From Paraspadella gotoi (lineage: Eukaryota; Animalia; Chaetognatha), in NCBI GenBank assembly GCA_051294375.1, contig CM119265.1:16779958-16789915 (forward strand): DNA of 9,958 nucleotides, in the 5' to 3' direction. The position numbers and the translations under genes are program-made. The notes under the pieces are model-generated. The model was given only the letters and a program-made list of their open reading frames with translations. It did not search any database and had not been told where the DNA came from. Shown here in pieces: positions 1 through 9,614 of this stretch; within the stretch, counting starts at the first letter, position 1; each line of letters begins with the position of its first letter.

Positions 1-765
1 TCCGGGAATCGCACTCGACAATGACGCCGGACTCGCGCAAGGTTGGCGCGGCGAGTTGGCGACCGCGAGCCGAGTGCGGCACTGGCGTCGATGGAATGGA
101 ATTATGGGCGCCGACTGGGTGATGACGTTGGGCTGATTCGGCGCCGAGAGAGAAAATTAGCGGCGGCAAAGCGAGAGGGAGGGAGTCGCTTGAACAAACG
201 AGAACCGGCGCCGTGGGAGAGATTCGAGGGACGAAGCGGATTAGAGAAGCGATGAGGGGGAAGGTCAGCGAAGTGTCCTCTAGCGATTGATTAGTGGTGG
301 CGCAGAGCAGAAGAAGAATAAAAGAGCATCGACGAATCGAGCGAATTGTCAAGCGGATAGTCTGAAACATAATTCCAACGAATTATCATTTTAAAATTAT
401 AAAGATAAATGCGATTATTCTGATATCGGTCAACCAAAAGTTTCGGTGCGAATATTGTCACGACGACTAGATGTCAGTCAATACGTCGATCCGTCTCATT
501 CCGTTCGTCCGGAATCCGCAGACGATTCCCCGTCTTCGGCCTCCAGGTGTTCGATAGGCAGATGGTCGGCGACAGCCGCGCCCCGATCTCCCGAATCCGT
601 CCAATCCTGATAATGAATTCGGGGCATTATCCTTTTTTTATCCTTTTTTTTCTTTTTTTTTTCATTTATTTTCCCTTTTATTCTCGCCACTGCAGCATTT
701 TATTAAATTTCCTACGATTTAAAAAAAAAAGAACAAAGCGAGAAGTGTGTGAGACTAATTGTTCA

Positions 766-791
<26 letters not shown>
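766..791. repeat. (CT)n microsatellite (counterpart at about 7663-7697)
   Basis: tctctc run, read directly. Confidence 0.93.
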
Positions 792-797
<6 letters not shown>

Positions 798-1026
798 TCC
801 GATAGACAAGCAGCGCGAGACAGAGAAGAAGAATAGGAGAAATTACGGAGATAAGGAGATTATACAAGGTGACCGTGAGTATGAGAAGTCCGTGGTCTGA
901 ATGGGACAATAAAGAGGACTGGTATGGTGGGATCTATACAAGGGTCGAGAGGATGGAGCATGGCGAGCAAGGCCCGCGTTCTAGATATCAGATACGGCTG
1001 TGCGGTAAAGGGGGGGTTACAAACAA

Positions 1027-1075
1027 TCTCCTCTCCTCTCTCCTCTATTCTCTCTCTCTCTCTCCTTCCATCTCC
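1027..1075. repeat. CT-rich low-complexity tract (counterpart at about 7934-7982)
   Basis: tctcctctcctctctcctctattctctctctctctctcc, read directly. Confidence 0.85.
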
Positions 1076-1647
1076 CCACGCGCTCCGTATATTTCTTTTT
1101 CTTTTCTTCAATTTTTTCTCTCCTCGCTCGCTGCGCCGAGTGTAATAATTTCTTGTAAGCCTTGTTTTATAAGCCATTTTGCGCGCGCTCGCTTTCGCGT
1201 TTCGCCCTAAAATAAAAAAAAAGTTACGAGAGAGTGAGAGGGAGAGCGAGACGAGGAGCGAAAGAGAGAAAGAGCGGAGAAAAAAAAGGGCAGAGGGGCA
1301 TTTTATGATTAATGCCCTACGCGTGAGTTGAAAGCGTTATACTTAATTAGCTGAGGGAAATGATTAGACGCTGCGTGCTGCTGTTATTTATTGCAGACAT
1401 CCAAGGCCGATCCGATGAGCACGTCGACCCGCTCACTCTTAACTCCTTCTCTTTCCTCGTCCGTCTTCTCTTCGATTTTTGTTTTTATAATTCTTCGTAA
1501 TTTCTTTCAAATTTAAGGTCAATTCGCTTCCGGTGGCTTCATTTCTATTTTCAGCAAAGGAAAAGAACAGGGTTTTTGTAATATTTATCTTTAAATGTTT
1601 AAGAAAACCAAAGAAATGAAATGAAAATGTGCATGTTCGAGAATGAA

Positions 1648-1672
1648 NNNNNNNNNNNNNNNNNNNNNNNNN
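1648..1672. other. Assembly gap (25 N)
   Basis: Run of 25 N joining repeat copy A to the truncated RT. The true gap is probably several kb if RNase H, integrase and the rest of the LTR are present. Confidence 0.99.
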
Positions 1673-1679
1673 AAGAGAG

Positions 1680-2290
1680 AGATAGCTTGCTTTTGGAGAT
1701 ACTGAAGCCAAGGATTTGATGTCTTCCTTGCGTAGAAGGACACTTTTTGTCCATTTGAGAACAGTTCTCATCTCTGCATCTCTTGTAAGAGATCGCGGAG
1801 TCTGTGGGCCATATCCTCTGGGCGATTTTGCTGTGAGGAGAAGGTGTCAACATAGACTAGAAGCTTTTCACATCGTCTCAGATCTTTGAAGATTTCGTCC
1901 AGGATGGCTTGGGGAGTTGAGCTGTTGACATCCCCCCATTGGCAGCTTATTCATCCAAATTGTGGCCAGTCCGGAAAGGTTGTGACGTTTGCAACGGTCT
2001 GTAAGATTGACCTGATGAAGCAAGCTAAGATGTCATGAGCATGAAGTTACGTGTGGTTTTAATTGTTCGGTATCGAAGCTATGTTTGTGGTTCGTTCGCG
2101 TAGGTGGAAGATGTTAAATCGTTGACGGTTCTGAGAGGTGCATATTTCGCGCAATTGTTTCGCAAGTTTCGTCGTTCTTTTGGTCTTGCTTTCAGCGATG
2201 TGTCCAGTTTCTTTATGAGAAAAGCGTTTGAATATGCTCATTTTCTCGTTGGTGATAACATGCGCTTTTTATACACCTTAGGTATCGTTG
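1680..2290 (-). pseudogene. pol: Reverse transcriptase core (pol), frameshifted as assembled and truncated at the gap
   Basis: Manual minus-strand translation, switching frames: NAFLIKK (about 2228-2207); KQLREIC..LRTVND (2160-2118); DILACF[H]QVNLTDRCKRH..TF (about 2034-1975); NKLPMG (LPMG 1945-1934); AILDEIFKDLRRCEKLLVYVD[D]LLLTAKS (YVD 1854-1846, one base missing from the second Asp codon); RCRDEN..K and LGFSISK (1712-1692). Motif order and spacing fit LTR-retrotransposon RT. The frameshifts may be sequencing error rather than real decay. Confidence 0.92.
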
Positions 2291-3364
2291 AGAGGCCGCC
2301 TTTTTTACTGGTCTTGGTTTGCAATTTTGGTTTTGGAGATCCTCGTTTGTGTATTAAAGATTCGGGAACTTTTGTAGTTGAGAAACCTCCTTGCAGTGTT
2401 ATGGATCTCTACCGAAGACGTCTGATATTCCAGACGATAAATCTTCGGTTGGTGAGGAGAAGGAGGAAAGAGGTGGAGAGGAGGAGCGAGAGGAGAGGGG
2501 GCGGTATGTCATTTCGCTCGCCTTCTCAGTTAATTTGGCGCAAGCCTTTGACCTAGAATATGGCCTTTTTTGCCGCAGTTTACAAGGCTCCAGTCTTCAT
2601 CCATCTTGTGGAGATATTTGTTTGCAAGGCGATTTCGGCTGGCATTGAGAGGTTTGACAACTTGGCAAGTGATGTGTGATTTTCCTCTGAGCTTAATTTA
2701 GTTTGAGCCAGTTCTTTTACCTTTTCTGAAGGTTCCTTCTACGGGTCGGGGTCGATTAGCCATCACTTTCTCCCGAGGTTTTTGTAATGTCTTTTAGCTG
2801 CTGTTTATGTTTTCGTATTTTATATTTTTTTTTTTTTTAGTTAATTAAGCGGCTTTGTAAGTTTAGTATCGTTATTTTATTTATCCAGTGCATATGGACA
2901 GCGAGGTGCATTATCAAGTTCATACAGAGTTAGATCTACAAAATTGTCTTACATCCCGTCTACAGCGAAAGTTGTTTGGCCCTTGGTTGTTCCGTTTCTT
3001 TTCAATTAGTCAGCGCACGCTTGGTTTTTTCCAGTCGCGGATTTTTTGTATATTTTTTGTCATGATCTGTTTGGGCTTGCGTTGTTCCGCGTCATAACGA
3101 TCCTCGCGGGTCCTGGATTGGCTCGGACTCCCTAGTTTCGTTTGAGATCCTCATCAATTTTTCGTCATGTTATTCTATTCCTGTACATGGAGCTTGGTAA
3201 GAAGGTAGTCGCGCTGGCGTAGCGGGTCCTTGTCGTCTGATCCTTTCAATGTAGCAGGGCGTTGGCGAAGTTTTTCTTTGTCCGTCCTCTGACAAACGGT
3301 ATTGACAACTTGTTTCCCTGACGGTGTTGTAGTTTGTCTTTTTGAGGTTAACCCCATCCCTTAG

Positions 3365-3690
3365 CTTGTATTCTATACGAGCTTTTACCGAGGCGACGAT
3401 GTTTCGCCTATTTCAAGATCGTTGTCATTCAGGGTTCCGATGTTATCCGGGGAGTAGGGTCGGAGAGCTTGACAGACATCTGGCGACATAGTCGGGATGG
3501 AGGCCTTATCTTTCTCTCTGACGGCTTCGAAAGTTCTCCTGGCGGCGTTGACGAGTGCAATCCATACTTGGCGTGTACGTGGGGGTCGATTCAATTTTGC
3601 TTATGCGAGGGCTTCGGCAATGCTTAACCGAGGACTTTCGCAGAAAGCCCTGAGTCTAGCACATTGATCGGGTTAATGGGCTGATAAGCG
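3365..3690 (-). pseudogene. Retropepsin-like aspartic protease, frameshifted as assembled
   Basis: INVLDSG (LDSG 3659-3648), then ..SIAEALA..LNRPPRTRQVWIALVNAARRTFEAV.., and about 80 codons downstream NDLEIG followed after a frameshift by NIVASVKARIEY. This resembles the C-terminal d-x-i-l-G-x-d..a-x-i-d motif of Ty3/gypsy proteases. It lies upstream of RT on the same strand. Confidence 0.7.
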
Positions 3691-3699
3691 GGCTATCAA

Positions 3700-4761
3700 C
3701 TCATTGTCTCTAGCCAGTTAGGCAACGCAGCTGTTGATAACCTGTCCGGGTTCGTGAATCTTTGAAGGCTTCGTAGAAGCTGCGGAGAAATCTGCCTGGT
3801 GTTTTTCGTCGATCTCCTACTTTCTCAGAGCTTGATGGGTTTGTATCGGATGGGCTTGATGGTGGGGTCACTTTTCCCAGTTTCGGAGGGCGTCTCGTCT
3901 CGGGATTTTGGCAGTGTTTTGTCTATTGGCTGCCTGATGAACTGTCCTTGGGGATGAGTCGGGCAAGCTGCTGCCGAGGAGAGTCAGGAGTATGACAATC
4001 GATATGATGGAGAAGGGCGGAGCGTCAAAGGGTTAGGAGAGAAGGGGTCATGAGTCTTTCGTGAGTTGGAATTGTTGTTGTTTCCTTTCGCTGAACTTGG
4101 GCCATCATCTGTTGCAATCATCCGGGAAGGTGTGCGATTTTTTGAACGCGAAGGGTATGGCTTCGAAGTTTTGACGGGCCTCCTGAGAACAAGATTTCTT
4201 GTCTGTTCTGTAGATTGACGTCATTGTGACTTTAACCCTCGAAGGGTGACGTGCGTGTTCGTTTGCGCTGCTTTGAGCATGTTGTGTGCAGCTAGTACTG
4301 AGTTCGAAGGTGTGCACTCGAGGGTTGCTGCAGTCTGCTACCGTAGTTGCGGTGCTTGTGGTTGGCAGACGTACGGCAGCTACCCTTTTTTTCCAATCCC
4401 GCCTTGGCTGGGGGGCGGATAGGAGCGGAGGGGAATGTCCATCTTCTTGAAAGGTGGCGTGGTCCGGTGAGGTAAGGTTGGTTCTTTTGGGTGAGACGTG
4501 TATGAGTTGAATCCACTCCTGTCACCCAACATTTAGTAGTAGACAGGGATTGTCGAATATGAAATAGAATGGAATTTATTTCTCCGAAGATATACAATAT
4601 TAAGACGGTGTCAAATTCCAGCAGAGAGTGAATCAATACAATTTTGTTCCAATTTATACTCTTCCATCGGATCGGAGGTAAGGGTAAAAGTTCCTCGGCG
4701 GAAGGAAGCCTCATCTGTATTGGCTGGTGCCAATTTGTCTCCTGGCAATGAGAGAGTTCAT
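3700..4761 (-). pseudogene. Coding-like region in the gag position (fragmented ORFs); no Gag motif recognised
   Basis: Consecutive minus-strand ORF fragments (4292-4714, 4105-4317) with balanced composition lie directly upstream of the protease. Candidate ATG at 4761-4759. I found no CX2CX4HX4C zinc knuckle, so the assignment rests on position only. Confidence 0.4.
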
Positions 4762-5631
4762 TTTACTTACCTTCGAATCTTCTTACTCAGGTCGCCGATC
4801 CGGTTTCTTGAGTTTCGATTCTCGCGATGTTAGGGTATAAGCAAACAAAGAAATGTGTGAGACTTTGAAAACATAACTTTAGTCGGGAACCTTCGGAAAC
4901 ACCCACAAAAAAAAAGGGGAGGAGACCTGGCTCCGGGGTGCGTCGTCATCGTACCTGCCGTAGACGAGTAAAAACTTTTGTCAACTTTACAGGCGAGTCG
5001 CGATCTGGTTTGCCAAAAGCAACGGGATCTACATATTGACTTGAAGTCACACGCTCGCCGATCTCGGATTGGCGATATGCCGTCGCGCTAATATTTGAAC
5101 GGGGAATCTCGCTCAGCTCGTAGATGTGGGGCGAGAGAAGGAAGGGAGAAAAAGAACTGACGAAGAGGCAGTAAAAAAAAGTAGACACTTTTTCAGTTTT
5201 TTTTTTTGTGGTTCGATGCTTGGTCGTTTTTAGTGGAGCAAGAAAAAAGACAGAGAGAGCAAGTAAAAACTAGTGTTTTGTTGTTTTGGTGTTTTTTTCA
5301 TATTCGAAATTTTAATCGCTAGTTTTAGTCGTTAAGTTTTTACAAGCTAGAATTGAGTTAAAATTTAAAAGATACAATTAAAAGTGGTTGCAGTTACTGT
5401 TGTATTCACCTGCAGAAATTTGTCGATCCATTCGAAGTTGCAGCACTCGTCTCCTTCGTGAGATGTTAGTATCTGGATTCCCATATTTTATGTATGACTT
5501 CCTTCGCAGTCGCGATTAGCAGCGATCAACTAACTTTGGACGGGGGAGGCCTTTTGAGGTGAACAACGATTCGTCGGGTTCGAGCAGACGACTTCCCATT
5601 GGTCAATCTTTTCCCCAGGACGTCTAGCGGC

Positions 5632-5648
5632 ATCGGTTTCGGCGACCA
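5632..5648 (-). promoter_or_regulatory. Candidate primer-binding site (tRNA-Phe-like)
   Basis: The minus strand reads TGGTCGCCGAAACCGAT. The complement of the animal-type tRNA-Phe 3' end, recalled from memory, is TGGTGCCGAAACCCGGGAT; the two differ only by indels. Strand and position (between repeat B and the coding region) are correct, but no canonical CA LTR end is adjacent. Confidence 0.45.
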
Positions 5649-6159
5649 AAGAGAAGCGAGGGGAAAGAAGCTAAACTGAATTAGTGATACGTAATTCACA
5701 AGTGACTAATTCCTTGTGGTTCTTCCTTCCTATCCATGCACCGACTTTTTTTTTCCTTCCATCGTGCGCATAGGGTCCCCGATTTCGTCGCTGCCGAGTG
5801 AGGGTTGAAAGGAGGGAAAAGCGGGTAGGAGGCAGCGGATAAGTGAGGACGGCCGAGGGAAAGGTGACGAGCGCGAGTCCGGGTTTCATAAGGATTCTCT
5901 TTAAAGTTAGGATGTATATTTATTGGTCTTTACTAAAAAAACTAAACATTAAAACGCATTAAAGCATAAAACGTCTAAACAGTAATTGTCAAAATTAATA
6001 ATAATGAGAAAATATAAATGAATTATATTCGGACAAAGCGGCTTTTTTGCACCTGAATTCTCTCCCTACAATCTCAACTCTTTAAATCGCCTCTGGAGTC
6101 TCCATTCATGTTCGCCGTTGCCGATTAATACGAAAGAAAGAAAAAAGAAAGAATAAATA

Positions 6160-6219
6160 GGAGGAGAGTGTGTGAGTGTGTGTGTGTGAAAGAGAGAGGA
6201 AGAGAGCAGTGAGTGAGTG
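6160..6219. repeat. Compound (GA)/(GT)n microsatellite
   Basis: gagagtgtgtgagtgtgtgtgtgtgaaagagagaggaagagagcagtgagtgagtg, read directly. Confidence 0.85.
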
Positions 6220-6688
6220 CGATCGAGCGCAAGTTTGTCTACAGCTGTCGTCGCGGCGTGTCCTCAGCGCGCTCTCCCGGTTTGCAACTCTTCTTTCTCT
6301 TCTTCTGATCTCTTCCTTCTTTTTCTTTTCGTACAGACTCGCTGGAAAAAGAAAGATGGTTTTATCTTTTTATACGGAGGTGGGGATCAGAGTGTGCTTC
6401 AGAGCAAAAAGGCGATATTATAACTCCTTTGGTTTTTTTTTTTTTTTTATTTACGTCCTAATAAAAGTTGAGTCTATCCATAAAAAAAAAGAGCTGAATG
6501 GAATTGAAACTCATAAGAGACCACGAAGCGGCGCGAACGAGCTCGCGTGCGTTTTATATGTTTGAGGCGTGACGCACGCGAGTTACACGCCTGGTGTTTA
6601 GCGCATGTACGACAACGTGGGAGAAGATTATAATTCCGGTTTGGCCTTAATAGAGGGAGAGAAAAGGGACATTGGATATATGAGGGCG

Positions 6689-6717
6689 GAAGAGAGAGAG
6701 AGAGAGGAGAGAGAGAG

Positions 6718-6757
<40 letters not shown>

Positions 6758-6843
6758 AAGAGAGAGGAGAAGAGAGAGAGAGAGAGAGAATGAGAGAGAG
6801 AGGAGAGAGAGAGAGAGAGGAAGAGAGAACAGAGAGAGAGAGG
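6689..6843. repeat. Imperfect (GA)n microsatellite, about 155 bp
   Basis: Long agagag run with a few interruptions, read directly. Confidence 0.97.
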
Positions 6844-6865
6844 ATTGTTTTTTCCGGCGTCGCTG

Positions 6866-8717
6866 TCCGGAATCGCACTCGACAATGAGCCGAACTCGGA
6901 AGGTTGGCGGCGGACGCCAAAGTTGGCGCCGCGAAGGCGAGAAACTCTGCCCCGTCGATGGGAAATGGGAATTATGGGCGCCGAGCCTGCGGTGATGCAC
7001 GTTGGGCTGATTCCTGGCGCCTGAGAGAGGAAAATTAGCGGCGGGCAAAGCGAGAGGGGAAGGGGGAGTTCGCGTTGATACAAAACGAGCAACCGGCGCC
7101 CGTAGGGAGAGATTCGAGGAACGAACGGGATTAGAGAAGGATGAGGGGGAAGGTCAGCGAGTGTCCTCTAGCGATTGATTAGTGGTGGCGCAGAGCAGAA
7201 GAAGAATAAAAGGTAGCATCGACGAATCGAGGCGAATTGTTCAAGCGATAGTCTGAAACATAATTCCAACAAATTATGCATTTTAAAAATTACTAAGATA
7301 AATGCGATTATTCTTGATACGGTCAACCAAAAGTTTCGGTGCGAATATTGTCACGACGACTAGATGTAGTCAATTACGGTCGACCGTCTCATTCCGTTCG
7401 TCCGGATCCGCAGACGATTCCCCAGTCTTCGGCCTCCAGGTGTTCGATAGGCCAGATGGTCGGCGACAGCCGCGCCCCGATCTCCAATTCCGTCCAAGTC
7501 CTATAATGAAATTCGGGGACATTATCCTTTTTTTATATCCTTTTTTTTCTTTTTTTTTTCATTTATTTCCCTATTTATTCTCGCCAACTGCAGTATTTTT
7601 AAATTTTCCTACGATTTAAAAAAAAAAGAAAAAGCGAGAAGTGTGAGTGAGACTAATTGTTCACTCTCTCTCTCTCCGTGCTCTCTCTCTCTCTCTTCAC
7701 TCCCTCCGATAGACAAGCAGCGCGAGACAGAGAAGAAGAATAGGAGAAATTACGGAGATAAGGAGATTATACAAGGTGACCGTGAGTATGAGAAGTCCGT
7801 GGTCTGAATGGGACAATAAAGAGGACTGGTATGGTGGGATCTATACAAGGGTCGAGAGGATGGAGCATGGCGAGCAAGGCCCGCGTTCTAGATATCAGAT
7901 ACGGCTGTGCGGTAAAGGGGGGGTTACAAACAATCTCCTCTCCTCTCTCCTCTATTCTCTCTCTCTCTCTCCTTCCATCTCCCACGGGCTCCGATATTTC
8001 TTCTTTTTCCTTCAATTTTTTCTCAATCCTCGGCTCGGCTGGCGCCGAATGGTAATAATTCTTGTAAGCCTTGTTTTAAATAAGCATTTTGCGCGCGCTC
8101 CTTTCGGCGTTTCGTCCTAAAATAAAAAAAAGTTACGAAAGTGAGAGGGAGAGCGGTACGAGGAGCGAAGAGAGAAAAGCGAAAAAAAAGGGCAGGGGGC
8201 ATTTCTATGATTAATGCCCTACGCGTAGAGTTGAAAGCGTTATACTTAAATTAAGCTGAGGAAATGATTAGACACGCTGCGTGCTGGCTGTTTTTAGCAG
8301 ACATCCAGGCCAGATCCGATGACACGTCGACCGCTCATAACTTAACTCCTTCTCTTTCCTCGTCCGTCTTCTCCTTCGATTTTTGTTTTATAATTTTCGT
8401 AATTTTCTTTCAAATTTAAGGTCAATTCGGCTTCCCGGTGGCTCATTTTTATTTTCAAGCAAAGGAAAAAACAGGGTTTTTTGTAATACTTTTCTTTAAA
8501 TGTTAAGAAAACCATAGAAATGATGAATAAACGAGACTGGAAAGAGTCTGATTGAAAGCTTCAGGCACCTGCTATGTCCATTATCTTGTAAGAGTGATGG
8601 AGGCCTTAAACACCAAAGCCGTCCAAGTCAGGGGCAAATAGCTTATTTATTAAATTAATGGATAATTTTTATATTGGTTGTACCAATTTCCTAAAAATGT
8701 GCATGTTCGAGAATGAA
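6866..8717. repeat. Long direct repeat copy B (part of the putative 5' or shared LTR)
   Basis: Homologous to 1-1647, differing by many 1-3 nt indels and one extra segment of about 168 bp (8528-8695). The limits given are set by the window edge and the gap in copy A, not by true repeat ends. Confidence 0.97.
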
Positions 8718-8843
8718 TATCTTTGTCAGACGAGATTTCTCCCAAAGCTCAAGAAGCCGTGACATCCTTGGCACGCCGCTTCCTTGCCACTTCCATGTCG
8801 CTTCCTTGCTGCTTCAACGCCACCGCCCCTCCCTCGAGTCCCC

Positions 8844-8888
8844 TCCACCCTGTCATCATCCACCCTGCCATCCTCCACCCTGCCATCA
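8844..8888. repeat. 15-bp minisatellite, 3 copies
   Basis: tccaccctgtcatca / tccaccctgccatcc / tccaccctgccatca. Confidence 0.93.
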
Positions 8889-9614
8889 ACGCTCAACCTC
8901 CGCAATCAAGGCTCCGTCGTTTCTCGCAATTAACCATAATCTTCCCGCGTATATTTTTCCATATCTTTCTTTTTTTATTTAAAAGGAAGAAAAAAAGCTT
9001 TATTCTTATTATTCTTTCTTTTTAAATTTTCTTTACTCTGATAAGCGCGCGAAGTATGGCGTTACTTCGAATAAGCTTCTGGCGTCTTGGCTCAGGATGA
9101 GTCGCCTCTTTTATCTCTCGCATAAATAGCTCGGTTGATGGTTGCGGTTTTTACTTTTATCGAACTGGAGGGATGCTCGTTACTACACACAGTCTTTTCT
9201 CGACTGTTCGTCTCATTTAGCGCTTATAGTTTTTTTGGATTTTTTTAAGGCTTTGTTCCTTTATTTCAACTTATCTTTCAGTTCGATGGTCTTTTTCTTT
9301 TACTGTTTTGCTTTCTTTCATTCTTTACAGTTGTTTTTTTTTTCTCGTCCTGTTTTTCTCCCTTTAACCCTATCCGAAACAAAAGATACTTTTGTTTGTT
9401 TTCAGTCACCCAATGAACTTCCTCCCGCGCATCCAAAAATGCTCTTTCGTTTCTCAAAGATTAAATCAAACAGAAGCGAAATATGCAAATGAGATGTCTC
9501 GCGTCTGTTCCTCGCAGCCAAAACTGCGACATTTTCCATCGCATCTGAAAAAATCAATTGACATTTAAGTCAAAACTTTTTTCCCCCACCCTCACTCTGT
9601 CCTTCACTCTCACA

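Larger units (their letters stand above)
1..1647. repeat. Long direct repeat copy A (part of the putative 3' LTR)
   Basis: Aligns by eye along its length to 6866-8717: tccgg(g)aatcgcactcgacaatga at 1 and 6866; gcatgttcgagaatgaa ending at 1647 and 8717. The ORF track also shows duplicated peptides (869 and 7776; 924 and 7831). Confidence 0.97.
1..8717 (-). mobile_element. Ty3/gypsy-like LTR retrotransposon (partial; interrupted by an assembly gap; true ends not defined)
   Basis: Minus-strand protease followed by RT with LTR-class motifs and no integrase motifs seen between them (gypsy-type order). The coding region is flanked by same-orientation repeats of at least 1.6 kb (1-1647 and 6866-8717). 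The left end lies outside the window and the right end may extend to about 9614-9629. Confidence 0.8.

Noticed and set aside
860-1210. Overlapping ORFs of 73-114 aa that recur at 7767-8120
   Set aside because: The recurrence comes from the DNA repeat itself. They have no recognisable domain, low-complexity tails and C-termini that differ between copies.
1439-1853. ORFs running through the N gap
   Set aside because: They are artificial fusions of RT fragments with repeat sequence across the gap.
1680-2290. Bacterial retron, DGR, group II intron or CRISPR-associated RT
   Set aside because: The motifs, the upstream aspartic protease, the long direct repeats and the microsatellite-rich context point to a eukaryotic LTR-class element. 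No repeat-spacer array or operon-like gene packing is present.
2104-2648. Plus-strand ORFs of 150 aa and 85 aa
   Set aside because: They are antisense to the RT region and show no motifs.
4890-4905. cggaaacacc(c)a, resembling a tRNA-Val 3' end (alternative PBS)
   Set aside because: The match is only about 10 nt, the CCA is imperfect, and there is no adjacent LTR-like end.
5678-5712. 8-bp inverted repeat gaattagt...actaattc
   Set aside because: It is short, AT-rich and has a 19-nt spacer, so it is compatible with chance.
5725-5740. ..tatcca|tgca as an alternative PBS/LTR junction
   Set aside because: It has CCA followed by TG, but I could not match the adjacent bases to a tRNA 3' end.
6474-7092. 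ORFs of 62-154 aa rich in SL or ER repeats
   Set aside because: They are translations of the (GA)n microsatellite, which contains no stop codons.
9142-9492. Phe/Leu-rich 116-aa ORF that looks membrane-like or env-like
   Set aside because: It is a product of T-rich low-complexity DNA, lies on the strand opposite the element and has a non-ATG start.
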